Counted from the first letter of the stretch, positions 8,380 through 16,417 are shown. The stretch is 64,000 nucleotides of DNA from Acidimicrobiales bacterium (GCA_965263455.1 CBDHHN010000001.1:355492-419491); one strand, 5' to 3'. Translations and numbers: made by a program. The notes: generated by a model not told the origin, from the sequence alone.

Positions 8380-9339
8380 TCAGGCCTTGACCGAGACCTC
8401 GATGGCGGGTGGCGTGTCGGCCGTCCGGGCCGCCATGGTGGCCGCCGTCCGCACGTCGTCCCAGGTCAGGTCGTCCACGCCCCGGTGGAGGCCCAGGCCC
8501 CGGTCCTGGAGCAGGTCGGCCAGCTGGTCCTGGTGGTCGTCGCCGATCTCGCCCTCGGCCTCCCGTCGGGGCACCAGGATGGGGGCCCGCCCGGCATCGA
8601 GGGCGGCCAGGGCCGAGCCGCAACCGGCGTGGGCGACCACCACGTCGGCCTCGGCCTGGAGACGCCCCAGCTCGGCCGCCGGCATGAAGTCGTGGACCCG
8701 GCCCGGGAGGCCTTCGCCCCGGGAGGCCCCGATCTGCCACACGAAGTCGGTCTCCGGCGGGGCGATCTCGGCCAGACGGCGCAGCAATCGATCGAAGGGC
8801 CAGTCGGTCGAACCGACGGTCACCACCACCTTGAGCCCGGCGTCGACCGTCGACGACCGCGGTCGGATCGGGGCCGGCTCGTAGCCGTCGAACACCGACC
8901 CGGCGTAGCGCCAGGGTCCGCGGGCGTTGCCCGGATACTGGGTGAAGACCCGGACCCGGGGCCAGCGGGAGAGGATGTGTCCGGTGCGGGACGGGCCGCC
9001 GGAGCGGGCCGCGCTCTCCACGTAGTAGGCGGGCACGCCCCGGAGGGCGGCGTAGCCCAGGTACCCGACGGCGATGGCCGATCCGGTCGACACCAGGGCC
9101 GTCGGCTCGAACCGGCGCAGGAGATCGTTGGCGTGGCGCAGGCTCCGAGCCACGCCGACCACGTCGCGCTCCTCGATGTAGGGGACCCACTCCACCTGGC
9201 GCTCGGCCAGCAGTGACTCGGACTGGGGTGAGCGGTGGGTGACCCACACCTGGTCGTCGCCGACCACGTCGAGCCGCTGCGACAGGGCCACCAACTGGGT
9301 CAGGTGACCGCCGGTGGTGGCCACCAACACGGCCGTCAC
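8380..9339 (-). CDS. Glycosyltransferase, fused Alg14-like (N) and Alg13/GT28 C-terminal-like (C) domains
   Basis: GTG 9339 overlaps the stop of the upstream fusion gene (GTGA). 319 aa. N-half VLVATTGGHLTQL...STGSAIAVGY...YYVESAAR (Alg14-like). C-half VVVTVGST...FDRLL...VVAHAGCGSALAALDAGRAPILVPR (GT28_C/Alg13-like). The rest of the 1350-aa track ORF is out-of-frame shadow. Confidence 0.75.
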   Translation of the reverse strand: MTAVLVATTGGHLTQLVALSQRLDVVGDDQVWVTHRSPQSESLLAERQVEWVPYIEERDVVGVARSLRHANDLLRRFEPTALVSTGSAIAVGYLGYAALRGVPAYYVESAARSGGPSRTGHILSRWPRVRVFTQYPGNARGPWRYAGSVFDGYEPAPIRPRSSTVDAGLKVVVTVGSTDWPFDRLLRRLAEIAPPETDFVWQIGASRGEGLPGRVHDFMPAAELGRLQAEADVVVAHAGCGSALAALDAGRAPILVPRREAEGEIGDDHQDQLADLLQDRGLGLHRGVDDLTWDDVRTAATMAARTADTPPAIEVSVKA

Positions 9340-12300
9340 CCGCCGACCCCCACGGGTGTCCGGAGGGGTGCCGAGGGCTCGGACACCAGAGCGCCTGGCC
9401 GGGTCCTCGGGGACTCGGGTCGAGGCTCGACCTCGGGTTCGGGATCCGGGCCCGCCGGTCTCGACAGGCCGATCAGGGTGAGGGGAAGCAGGATCATGAA
9501 CAGGTCGCCGGCTCCGCGGAGCTGGATGTGCTTGTCCAGCAGGGTCATGGCCAGGAGGCAGGCCAGGGCGGCCACCGCCGTGGCCCCGGTGGTGGTGGCC
9601 ATCGGGTGCGGTCGGGTCCGGCGGGCCGACAGGGCCGAGCGGAAGGCCTCGACGACCAGCCACACGAAGGCGAGGAAGAAGGGGATGCCACCAACCCAGA
9701 ACAGCCAGAGGTAGCCGCTCTCGAGGAAGATCTCCTCCCGCCACTGCTCGGGTGCCTGCAGAACCGAGTTGGGTCGGACACCGAGGATCCACTGCTGCCC
9801 GTCGAGCAGTGGTGGCAGGTAGAACGTGGTCAGGTTGTCGATCCGGCCGATCCAACTCCGCGGCAGGCCGAAGGGTCCGGCGAACTCCGACAGGCGGCCG
9901 GCCAGGACGGGGAAGGCGGCCAGGACCACCACGGGGGTGACGGGAAGCGCCAGGCGCATGAGGGGCCACAGCCGTCCGACCTGCCAGGCCGCCACCGGGC
10001 CGGCGATGAGGACGGCCAACCAGCTGGAGAACTGGCCAGAGGCCATGGCGCCCAGGAACAGGAGCACGGCGAGGGGGCCCAGGTAGGCGGGGGCGGGCGG
10101 GAAGCGGGACGAGTCCCCGGTGCCGGCCGTCGACAGTTCCGGAGTCCGCGGTCGAGCCCCCCACCAGGCCACGGCCAGGGCCAGGCTGTAGGCCAGGTAC
10201 CCGCCGGTGGCCAGCGACGAGGCCAGGGTGGCCGAGGCCCGTCCGGTGTTGAGCACGTCGGCCGGGCCCCAGAAGGTCAACAGCAACGGCTCGCCGCCGA
10301 CCGCGGCCAGCAGGCCGGTCCCCTGGACCACGGCCACCACGGCCACCAGCCCGGCGGCCAGGAGGGAGATGGTGATGACCCGCTGGATCTGCTCGGCGGT
10401 GGTGATGGTGACCCGGACCATACCGTAGATCATCAACAGCCGGACCAGGACCACCGGTTCGAGCAGATCGCCCGACTCGGGGCTCATACCCCGGGCCAGC
10501 AGCCACAGGATCGGGTAGGCGGTGCCGAGACCGGTGAAGGTGATGAGGGCCAGGTCGAGCCGGTTGGGGCGGAAGGTGAGCGGCCGTCCCAGGAGTACCT
10601 CCCACATGCCCCGGGCCATCAGGATGCCGACCAGGCCGGCCAGGACGGCCTCGTTGGGCCGGGCCTGGGGCACGAGGGCCCCGCGCTCCATGCCCGCCAG
10701 GAAGGGGACGGAGGCCACGTAGAGGTAGGTGGCCAGGGCCGGGGTGCGCCACACCAGCACGAACACCACGAGGGCCACGATGCCCAACGGAACCAGCCAC
10801 CCGACCACGACGACCATGGCGTTGAGCACGACCAGCAGTCCCAGCCCGGCCACGACCATCGCGTCGTCGGGGGCCAAGCGGGGCCGCAGGGCCCGAGCCG
10901 GGCGGGCCACGGTCTCGATCACCCGGCGGAAGGCGGCCGAGTACCGGTACTGGAGGACGCCGTACAGGGCCAGGCCGGTCGAGCCGCCGACGGCCAGCAG
11001 GGGCAGGGCAGGGACGGAGATGGTGGCCTCGACCGCCCGGGTCCACAGCCCGGTCAGGCCGATGGCCACGACGGTGATGGCGGCCGTTCGGGCCGAGGTG
11101 GTGGCCAGCAGCCACCCGGATCGGATCGAGCGGAGGGCCCGACGCTGGATGATGACGCCGGCGACGAGGGTCCCGAGGGTGCTGGCCGAACCCAGGGCGG
11201 CCAGCATGGCGACCGGCTCGTCGATGGTGATGGCCAGGCCCGAACCGACCAGGACCACGCCGACCTGGATCCAGGAGGCCACGGCCGGGGTGGTGTAGTC
11301 GCCGTCGGCGAACAGCACGACGCGGCCGACCTCGGCCAAGGTGATGCCGAGCACCGACAGCGCCAGGGCCACCAGGCTGACCTCGACCAGGGCGACCGCC
11401 CCCTCGCTCGACATACGGCCGACGGAGATGACGGCGGCGATCGAGGGGGCCAGGGCCACCAGGCCGGCAGCGGCCGGCAGCGCCGTGAGCCCGACCAGCC
11501 ACACCCCCTCGCGGTAGGCGGTGAGGAATCCGAGATGATCGTTCATGGCCCGCCGAAGGCTGAGCCGGGGCAGCAGTGCGACCGTGACCGGGCGGGCCCC
11601 CAGCGCCACCGGCAACTGGGTCATCTGGGCCGCCAGCTGGACGGCGATGACGCCGCCGGGCACGAGGTTGGCGGCCAGGATGAGCACGAAGTAGGCCAGG
11701 GCCTGGGCCACGGCGTTGGCCACCGCCGGGCCGCTGCGACGGACGAGGGCCCGAAGTTCCGGGTGGTCCCACTGCATCTGGGGCCGCAGCACGACCCCGG
11801 CCCGGGCCGCTCCCCACCATTGGAGCACGGCATGGGTGACCACGGCGGCCGTGTTGCCCAGGCCGAGCAGCGTGAGCTGGGCCGTTGTGACGTTGTCGAT
11901 GTCGACCAGACCGCCTCCCATGGCGGCGAAGAGCACGACGGAGGCGATGGCGACCAGGTTCTCGACGGCCGGGGCGGCGGCGGCCAGGCCGAACCGCTGG
12001 CGGGCGTTCTGGACCGCCATACCCACGCTGGCCAGGCCGTAGCAGGCGATCTGGGGTACGACCAGGACCAGCAGGTAGGCGACGGCCCGCCTGGTCTCGG
12101 GTCCGACGTCGTCGCCGGCGCCGACGCTGAGGAGCCGGGCGATCAGCGGGGTGGCCAGCAACAGGACGAGGCCGACGGCGGCCGATACGGCCAGCATGAC
12201 CCCGAGGAACGAGTTGGCCAGCCGGGCCGCGCTGCGGGTGTCGCCCCGTTCCAGGTGACCGACGACGGCCGGCACCACCAGGGACACGATCAGGGACCCG

Positions 12301-12518
12301 GCGAGCAGGTTGTAGGCGATGTTGGGGAGGACCGTCGTCGATTGGTAGACGTTGGACAGGATCGTTGGGCCGAGCACGGCGCCGGCGGCGGCGATGCGGA
12401 CGAACCCGGTGATCCGGCTGACCAGGGTCCACAGCATGACGACCGAGGCGTCGCCGCTCAGTCGCCTGTCATCGTCGCTCGCCTGCTCGGCGGCCGGAGC
12501 CTCGGCGGCCTCCGTCAT
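9336..12518 (-). CDS. Fusion protein: MurJ/MviN-type (MOP superfamily) flippase domain (aa ~1-545) plus O-antigen polymerase/ligase-like (Wzy_C-type) polytopic membrane domain (aa ~560-1020)
   Basis: Single uninterrupted 1060-codon frame. ATG 12518 overlaps the upstream stop (ATGA). N-half SRITGFVRIAAAGAVLG, LPNIAYNLLAGSL and many TM segments typical of MurJ. C-half has about 10 more hydrophobic segments and NTGRASATLASSLATGGYLAYSL (nt ~10190-10250), resembling the Wzy_C Arg-containing loop motif. Confidence 0.75.
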   Translation of the reverse strand: MTEAAEAPAAEQASDDDRRLSGDASVVMLWTLVSRITGFVRIAAAGAVLGPTILSNVYQSTTVLPNIAYNLLAGSLIVSLVVPAVVGHLERGDTRSAARLANSFLGVMLAVSAAVGLVLLLATPLIARLLSVGAGDDVGPETRRAVAYLLVLVVPQIACYGLASVGMAVQNARQRFGLAAAAPAVENLVAIASVVLFAAMGGGLVDIDNVTTAQLTLLGLGNTAAVVTHAVLQWWGAARAGVVLRPQMQWDHPELRALVRRSGPAVANAVAQALAYFVLILAANLVPGGVIAVQLAAQMTQLPVALGARPVTVALLPRLSLRRAMNDHLGFLTAYREGVWLVGLTALPAAAGLVALAPSIAAVISVGRMSSEGAVALVEVSLVALALSVLGITLAEVGRVVLFADGDYTTPAVASWIQVGVVLVGSGLAITIDEPVAMLAALGSASTLGTLVAGVIIQRRALRSIRSGWLLATTSARTAAITVVAIGLTGLWTRAVEATISVPALPLLAVGGSTGLALYGVLQYRYSAAFRRVIETVARPARALRPRLAPDDAMVVAGLGLLVVLNAMVVVVGWLVPLGIVALVVFVLVWRTPALATYLYVASVPFLAGMERGALVPQARPNEAVLAGLVGILMARGMWEVLLGRPLTFRPNRLDLALITFTGLGTAYPILWLLARGMSPESGDLLEPVVLVRLLMIYGMVRVTITTAEQIQRVITISLLAAGLVAVVAVVQGTGLLAAVGGEPLLLTFWGPADVLNTGRASATLASSLATGGYLAYSLALAVAWWGARPRTPELSTAGTGDSSRFPPAPAYLGPLAVLLFLGAMASGQFSSWLAVLIAGPVAAWQVGRLWPLMRLALPVTPVVVLAAFPVLAGRLSEFAGPFGLPRSWIGRIDNLTTFYLPPLLDGQQWILGVRPNSVLQAPEQWREEIFLESGYLWLFWVGGIPFFLAFVWLVVEAFRSALSARRTRPHPMATTTGATAVAALACLLAMTLLDKHIQLRGAGDLFMILLPLTLIGLSRPAGPDPEPEVEPRPESPRTRPGALVSEPSAPLRTPVGVGG

Positions 12519-13768
12519 CGGAGTCGGGGGTTCCTCCGCTCCAGTCCGAAGACGACGCCGGCGCCGACCATCCCGCCCAGCAAGGCGCCGAGGGCGGCCA
12601 ACTGGAGCCGGTTCGGGGCGAGCAGGCCGTCGAGCACGAAGGCCGGCGTCAGCACCACGAACCGGGGCTTGATCAGGTCGTTGAGCTCCTGGTCGTCACG
12701 CCGCTGCTCCAGGTCGGCGATGCGGGACCGGACCGTCTGCAGATCCCCCAGCAGCACGGCCACCTCGGCGTCGCCGACGTCGAGCCGGGTCTGATCGCCG
12801 AGCACCGGGGCCTGCCCTCCGACCAGGTTGGCGATACGCGCCTCGAGGTCGGCCTCCTGCTGTTCCAGGTCGGTCAGCTCGTCGGCGATGAGGGCCAGGG
12901 CCTGGGCGCTCGAGTCGGCCTGCTCCAGTTGATCGAAGTAGACGCCGACGACGGCGTCGAGCCGATCCAGAGCCTCCTGACCGCTCGACCCCTCGGCCGT
13001 GATCTGGATGATCTCGCTTCCGTCGATGACGCTGGCGTCGATGGCGGCCGACAGGTCCTCGACGTCGATGCCGAGCTGGGCCGCGGCCGGGGTCAGCACG
13101 GCCCGACTCTCGATGGTGACGACCTGGGTCGTCAGCCGGCGGTCCTCGCGCAGGAACCCGGCCTGGAGGTTGGCGTCAAGCTCGAAGAGGATGTCGGTCC
13201 GGGCGCCGTAGACCGGGGGTTGCGTGAAGGAGAAGATGAGGGCCAGCAGGACCGAACCGGCGACGAGACCGGCCATGACCAGGCTGTAGAAGGCGAGGGC
13301 CTGGATCTTGAGGCCGGGCACCGCCTCGGTGAGCCGACCGAGCTCGCTCCGGGTCCGCTCGGCCGGGACCTTGATCGCCTCCATCCGCCCGGTGGGGTGG
13401 GCCTCGGTGGGCACCACGTCGTGCTCCCCCGACAACGGGGCCACGGTACGGGAGCGGGAACCGGGCTCGGGACCCGAACCGGTCCGGCCCCGAACCCACG
13501 ACTGGCTCGACCGCGAGCTCGCGGAGGCCGCGCCGGCCGAGGACGACGGTGTCGAGGTGGGGTTGGGCACCGGAGGGGCGGAACTCACCACCGGACCGGC
13601 CGACGTGGCGACGGTCGACGGCGAGGCCGCGCTCTGGTGGAGCCGGTTGGTGATCTCCTCGACGTCAGGTGCACCACCTGCGGTCTTGGCGGACGGGGTC
13701 GACCCAGAGCCGTCCCCGTCGGACGGAGAGGTCCCGTTGCTGTCGGTGTCCACGGCACCACTACGCAT
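12515..13768 (-). CDS. Wzz-like polysaccharide co-polymerase (chain-length determinant, PCP family), no kinase domain
   Basis: Two TM segments (ALAFYSLVMAGLVAGSVLLALIF near the N-terminus, LAALGALLGGMVGAGVVFGL at the C-terminus) flank a coiled-coil-rich region (LTDLEQQEADLEARIANL...). Ser/Pro/Thr-rich N-terminus. ATG 13768 preferred; an upstream TTG at 13819 is also possible. Confidence 0.7.
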   Translation of the reverse strand: MRSGAVDTDSNGTSPSDGDGSGSTPSAKTAGGAPDVEEITNRLHQSAASPSTVATSAGPVVSSAPPVPNPTSTPSSSAGAASASSRSSQSWVRGRTGSGPEPGSRSRTVAPLSGEHDVVPTEAHPTGRMEAIKVPAERTRSELGRLTEAVPGLKIQALAFYSLVMAGLVAGSVLLALIFSFTQPPVYGARTDILFELDANLQAGFLREDRRLTTQVVTIESRAVLTPAAAQLGIDVEDLSAAIDASVIDGSEIIQITAEGSSGQEALDRLDAVVGVYFDQLEQADSSAQALALIADELTDLEQQEADLEARIANLVGGQAPVLGDQTRLDVGDAEVAVLLGDLQTVRSRIADLEQRRDDQELNDLIKPRFVVLTPAFVLDGLLAPNRLQLAALGALLGGMVGAGVVFGLERRNPRLR

Positions 13769-13927
13769 TTCAACACCCACCCTGGTTGACCGGCCGCGCC
13801 TCGGTGCCGACCACCACAATCTTCGTCAACCATGGAGTGTAGGCCCCAGGCGATGAGGCCACCGAGCAAGCGTCCGGGGCGAATCGACTCACCGGCGGGA
13901 GGGTCCCACGAACCAGTGTCGGGGCCG

Positions 13928-16291
13928 TCACCCCAGCTCGTAGGGGCCGATGTCGATGCTGCCCTGGATCCTGGTTCGACCGGCGAGGTCCAGGCTGTGG
14001 GGTCGGGCCGCCGTGGTGCCCCGATCGACCACGTCGACCCGGTCGGCCTGCTGGGCGAACTGGGTGAAGTCGCTCTCGGTGATGGCCGGGAATGCTGCAC
14101 CCCGGCCACTGCCGGGGAAGTCGGCGGACCGGTTGATGCGACTGGGTCCGGTCAGCACGTGGTTGCCTTCGACGACGGTGCCGTCGCCGTTGCGTTCGCC
14201 GTAGAGGACGGCGACGTTGTCCCGCGCCCGTTGGATGATGTTGTTGCGGATGACGACCCCGGAGTTGCGCTTGGCCCCGTTGGCGCCGCTGAGCGAGAGG
14301 GCCAGCACCTGGTAGGTGGGATCGCCGCCCAGATAGTTGTTCTCGATGAACACGTCGACCACGCCCTGGAGGTTGACGACCTGGCTGTCGTAGGTCTCGC
14401 ACACGTTGTTGCGGAAGGTGATGTTGCGGACCAGCACCGCGTCGGTGTGGGCGTTGGACATGATCAGGCATTGGCGCCCGATGCGGACGCAGTAGTTGTT
14501 CTCGATGGTCACGTCGGCGGTGACGATGGGGTTCCGGTTGGGGTTGTACGACTCGAAGATGGTGTAGGTCTGCCAGCAGTCGACGTGGGGGGTGTCGCCT
14601 CCGCTGGTGACGCTGGCGAACTCGTCGATGTCGTGGAAGTAGTTCTCCCGGATGAGGTGGCCGCGCCCGAAGAAGCGCATGGCGTCCACGTCGTAGCCGC
14701 CGCTGGTGCGGGCCAGACCCCACACGTTGTTCCGCTCGACCCGATTGCCGGATCCGTAGATGATGATGCCGATGCTCTCGATGCCGGTCACCGAGTTGTG
14801 GCTGAAGACGGTGTCGGCGCAATCGGTGCGCGATCCGCACACGATCCCGTTGCGGGTGGGCGCGGCGTCGACGAGCACGTTGTGGACGACGTTGCCGGTG
14901 CCGGTGACCTCGACGGCGGCGCCCCGGCCGGACAGGTCCGACGCCCCCGTCACCCGGAGGCCGTCGATGGTGACCCGGTCGGCTTCGACGACGACGGCGC
15001 CGACCTCCACCCGTCCGGCGGCCTTCACGGTGCGGTCGGAGGACGTGACCTGCAACAGGTGGCCGCCGTGGTCGCCGGCCTGGAGGCAGACGACGGCACC
15101 GGCGGGGGCGGCGTCGATCTGGGCCGAGAGATCGCCGCCGGCCACAGTCACCGTGCAGTCGTCGAGCGAGGTGCTGCCCTCACCGCTGCTGCCGTAGCGG
15201 GGCAGTCCGGGGGCCGACCCCGAGGGCGGAGTCGACGGCGGTGCGGGCGGCGACGGAGCCGGATCGGGGGCGGTCGAGGTGGAAGGGGCCGTCGTCGGAG
15301 GAGGCGTCGTGGGGGCGGTGGGTTGGCCGGCGCCGCCGGGGACGACCGGGGTGGAGCCTCCGGTCGGGGCCGGGCTCGACGGGCTCGGAGTCGCGGTCGG
15401 CGTCGGGGTCGGCGCGGGAGTGGACGAAGGACTCGACGAAGGGCTCGAGGAAGGATTCGAGGAAGGGTTCGAGGTCGGCGGCGCTGCACGGCCGGCACCG
15501 TCGGGGGGCGAGCCCGCTGGTCCCGATGGAGCACCCGCCGTCGACTCCGGGGTCCCGACGGGATCGGGCGCCTCCGCCTGGTTCGCCGTCGCGTCGGCCG
15601 GGACCGAGACCGAGGAGCCGGTCGAGGATGTGGTGGAGGGGTCGAGTGGTGGGTCGGTTGACGATCCGTCCAACGTGGTGGTCGTGCCCGAGGCGGGGTC
15701 GCTCGACGCCGAGTCCTCGGGCCCCACGCTCTCGTCGACCAGGGCGCTCGGGTCGAAGCCGTCCGCCTCGGCGCCATCGGCCGCGGCCGACTCCGGCTCG
15801 GCCAGATCGGCGGGCGGGATCGGCGGGTCCAGGGCGGTCGTGGTCGAGGTCTGGTCCGCCACCAGGTCCACCTCACCCGATGACGGCGCGAGCACGGCTC
15901 CCAACAGGGAGACGGAGGCGGCGATGGCCACCCACAGCGCCACCGACCGGGTTCGCCGGGGGCCCAGGGTGGGCCCGGTCCGGCGGGCACCCCCGATCAC
16001 GGGTGCGGTCTCGGGCGAGGCCGGCCCCGACGACGGGTCCACGGCCGGTGCTGCGAGGGACGGCTCCGCCGGAGCCTCCGTTCCCGTGCCGGGATCGCCA
16101 TCGATCTCGCCACGCCGAGGGGACGGCGAGGCCGGGGTCGACGCCGAGGCCGAGGTCGGGGCAGGGGTCGAGGCCGGGTCGACCGAGCGTGACAGGCGGA
16201 GCCGGTCATCGTCGGGGGCCGTCAACGGAGCGGTAGGGCGCGGGGATTGGTTCGAAGCCATCATCACCTGAATTGCCCCGCCGGTGAGCAT
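13928..16291 (-). CDS. Membrane-anchored (type II) protein with long Ser/Thr/Pro/Asp-rich stalk and C-terminal right-handed beta-helix domain; paralog of 6844-8307
   Basis: ATG 16291 (alternative ATGs at 16264/16261). TM segment VALWVAIAASVSLLGAVLAP. About 260 aa of low complexity. Beta-helix turns (VERNNVW, IRENYFH, IENNYCV, FRNNVCE, IENNYLG, IRNNIIQ). Shared motifs with the paralog: HVDCWQT vs HTDCFQT, and C-terminal DLAGRTR...DIGPYE vs DLAGQAR...DIGPVE. Confidence 0.7.
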   Translation of the reverse strand: MLTGGAIQVMMASNQSPRPTAPLTAPDDDRLRLSRSVDPASTPAPTSASASTPASPSPRRGEIDGDPGTGTEAPAEPSLAAPAVDPSSGPASPETAPVIGGARRTGPTLGPRRTRSVALWVAIAASVSLLGAVLAPSSGEVDLVADQTSTTTALDPPIPPADLAEPESAAADGAEADGFDPSALVDESVGPEDSASSDPASGTTTTLDGSSTDPPLDPSTTSSTGSSVSVPADATANQAEAPDPVGTPESTAGAPSGPAGSPPDGAGRAAPPTSNPSSNPSSSPSSSPSSTPAPTPTPTATPSPSSPAPTGGSTPVVPGGAGQPTAPTTPPPTTAPSTSTAPDPAPSPPAPPSTPPSGSAPGLPRYGSSGEGSTSLDDCTVTVAGGDLSAQIDAAPAGAVVCLQAGDHGGHLLQVTSSDRTVKAAGRVEVGAVVVEADRVTIDGLRVTGASDLSGRGAAVEVTGTGNVVHNVLVDAAPTRNGIVCGSRTDCADTVFSHNSVTGIESIGIIIYGSGNRVERNNVWGLARTSGGYDVDAMRFFGRGHLIRENYFHDIDEFASVTSGGDTPHVDCWQTYTIFESYNPNRNPIVTADVTIENNYCVRIGRQCLIMSNAHTDAVLVRNITFRNNVCETYDSQVVNLQGVVDVFIENNYLGGDPTYQVLALSLSGANGAKRNSGVVIRNNIIQRARDNVAVLYGERNGDGTVVEGNHVLTGPSRINRSADFPGSGRGAAFPAITESDFTQFAQQADRVDVVDRGTTAARPHSLDLAGRTRIQGSIDIGPYELG
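15424..15471. repeat. Imperfect 12-nt tandem repeat x4 inside the stalk-coding region
   Basis: gacgaaggactc / gacgaagggctc / gaggaaggattc / gaggaagggttc. Encodes SNPS/SSPS units on the minus strand. Confidence 0.7.
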
Positions 16292-16417
16292 ATCAACCCA
16301 AGCCAGTGTTGAGGATTCATGCCGACGGAAACCGGTTCGTCACATTCGACCGCCTCGACCTGCCACCGCGTCCGGTGGCTAGCGGACCGAGGCCGTCGTC
16401 GGCCACCATGACAGGCC

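Noticed and set aside
9336-10900. C-terminal extension of the MurJ-like protein as the mycobacterial-type MviN pseudokinase domain
   Set aside because: The extension is highly hydrophobic and polytopic, and it lacks kinase-like subdomain motifs. It fits a Wzy/O-antigen-ligase-like membrane domain better.
9340-12432. N-terminal ~1030 aa of the 1350-aa minus-strand ORF 8380-12432
   Set aside because: It is out of frame with the real MurJ::Wzy gene and extremely Arg/Pro/Gly-rich. Only the last 319 codons (from GTG 9339) read as a glycosyltransferase.
9528-12794. 1088-aa ORF on the plus strand opposite the flippase-polymerase gene
   Set aside because: It is an antisense shadow ORF typical of very GC-rich DNA. 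The translation is dominated by Gly/Arg/Asp/His/Pro runs with no recognisable domain, while the minus-strand frame gives coherent membrane-protein sequence.
15424-15471. CRISPR-like or VNTR array (also 18277-18312 and 36102-36125)
   Set aside because: These are short (6-12 nt) in-frame coding tandem repeats inside low-complexity linkers. There are no spacers and no cas genes.
13832-15661. 609-aa plus-strand ORF opposite the membrane beta-helix gene
   Set aside because: Shadow ORF with Gly/Val/Asp/Arg low complexity. The minus strand carries clear beta-helix motifs and a paralog elsewhere in the locus.
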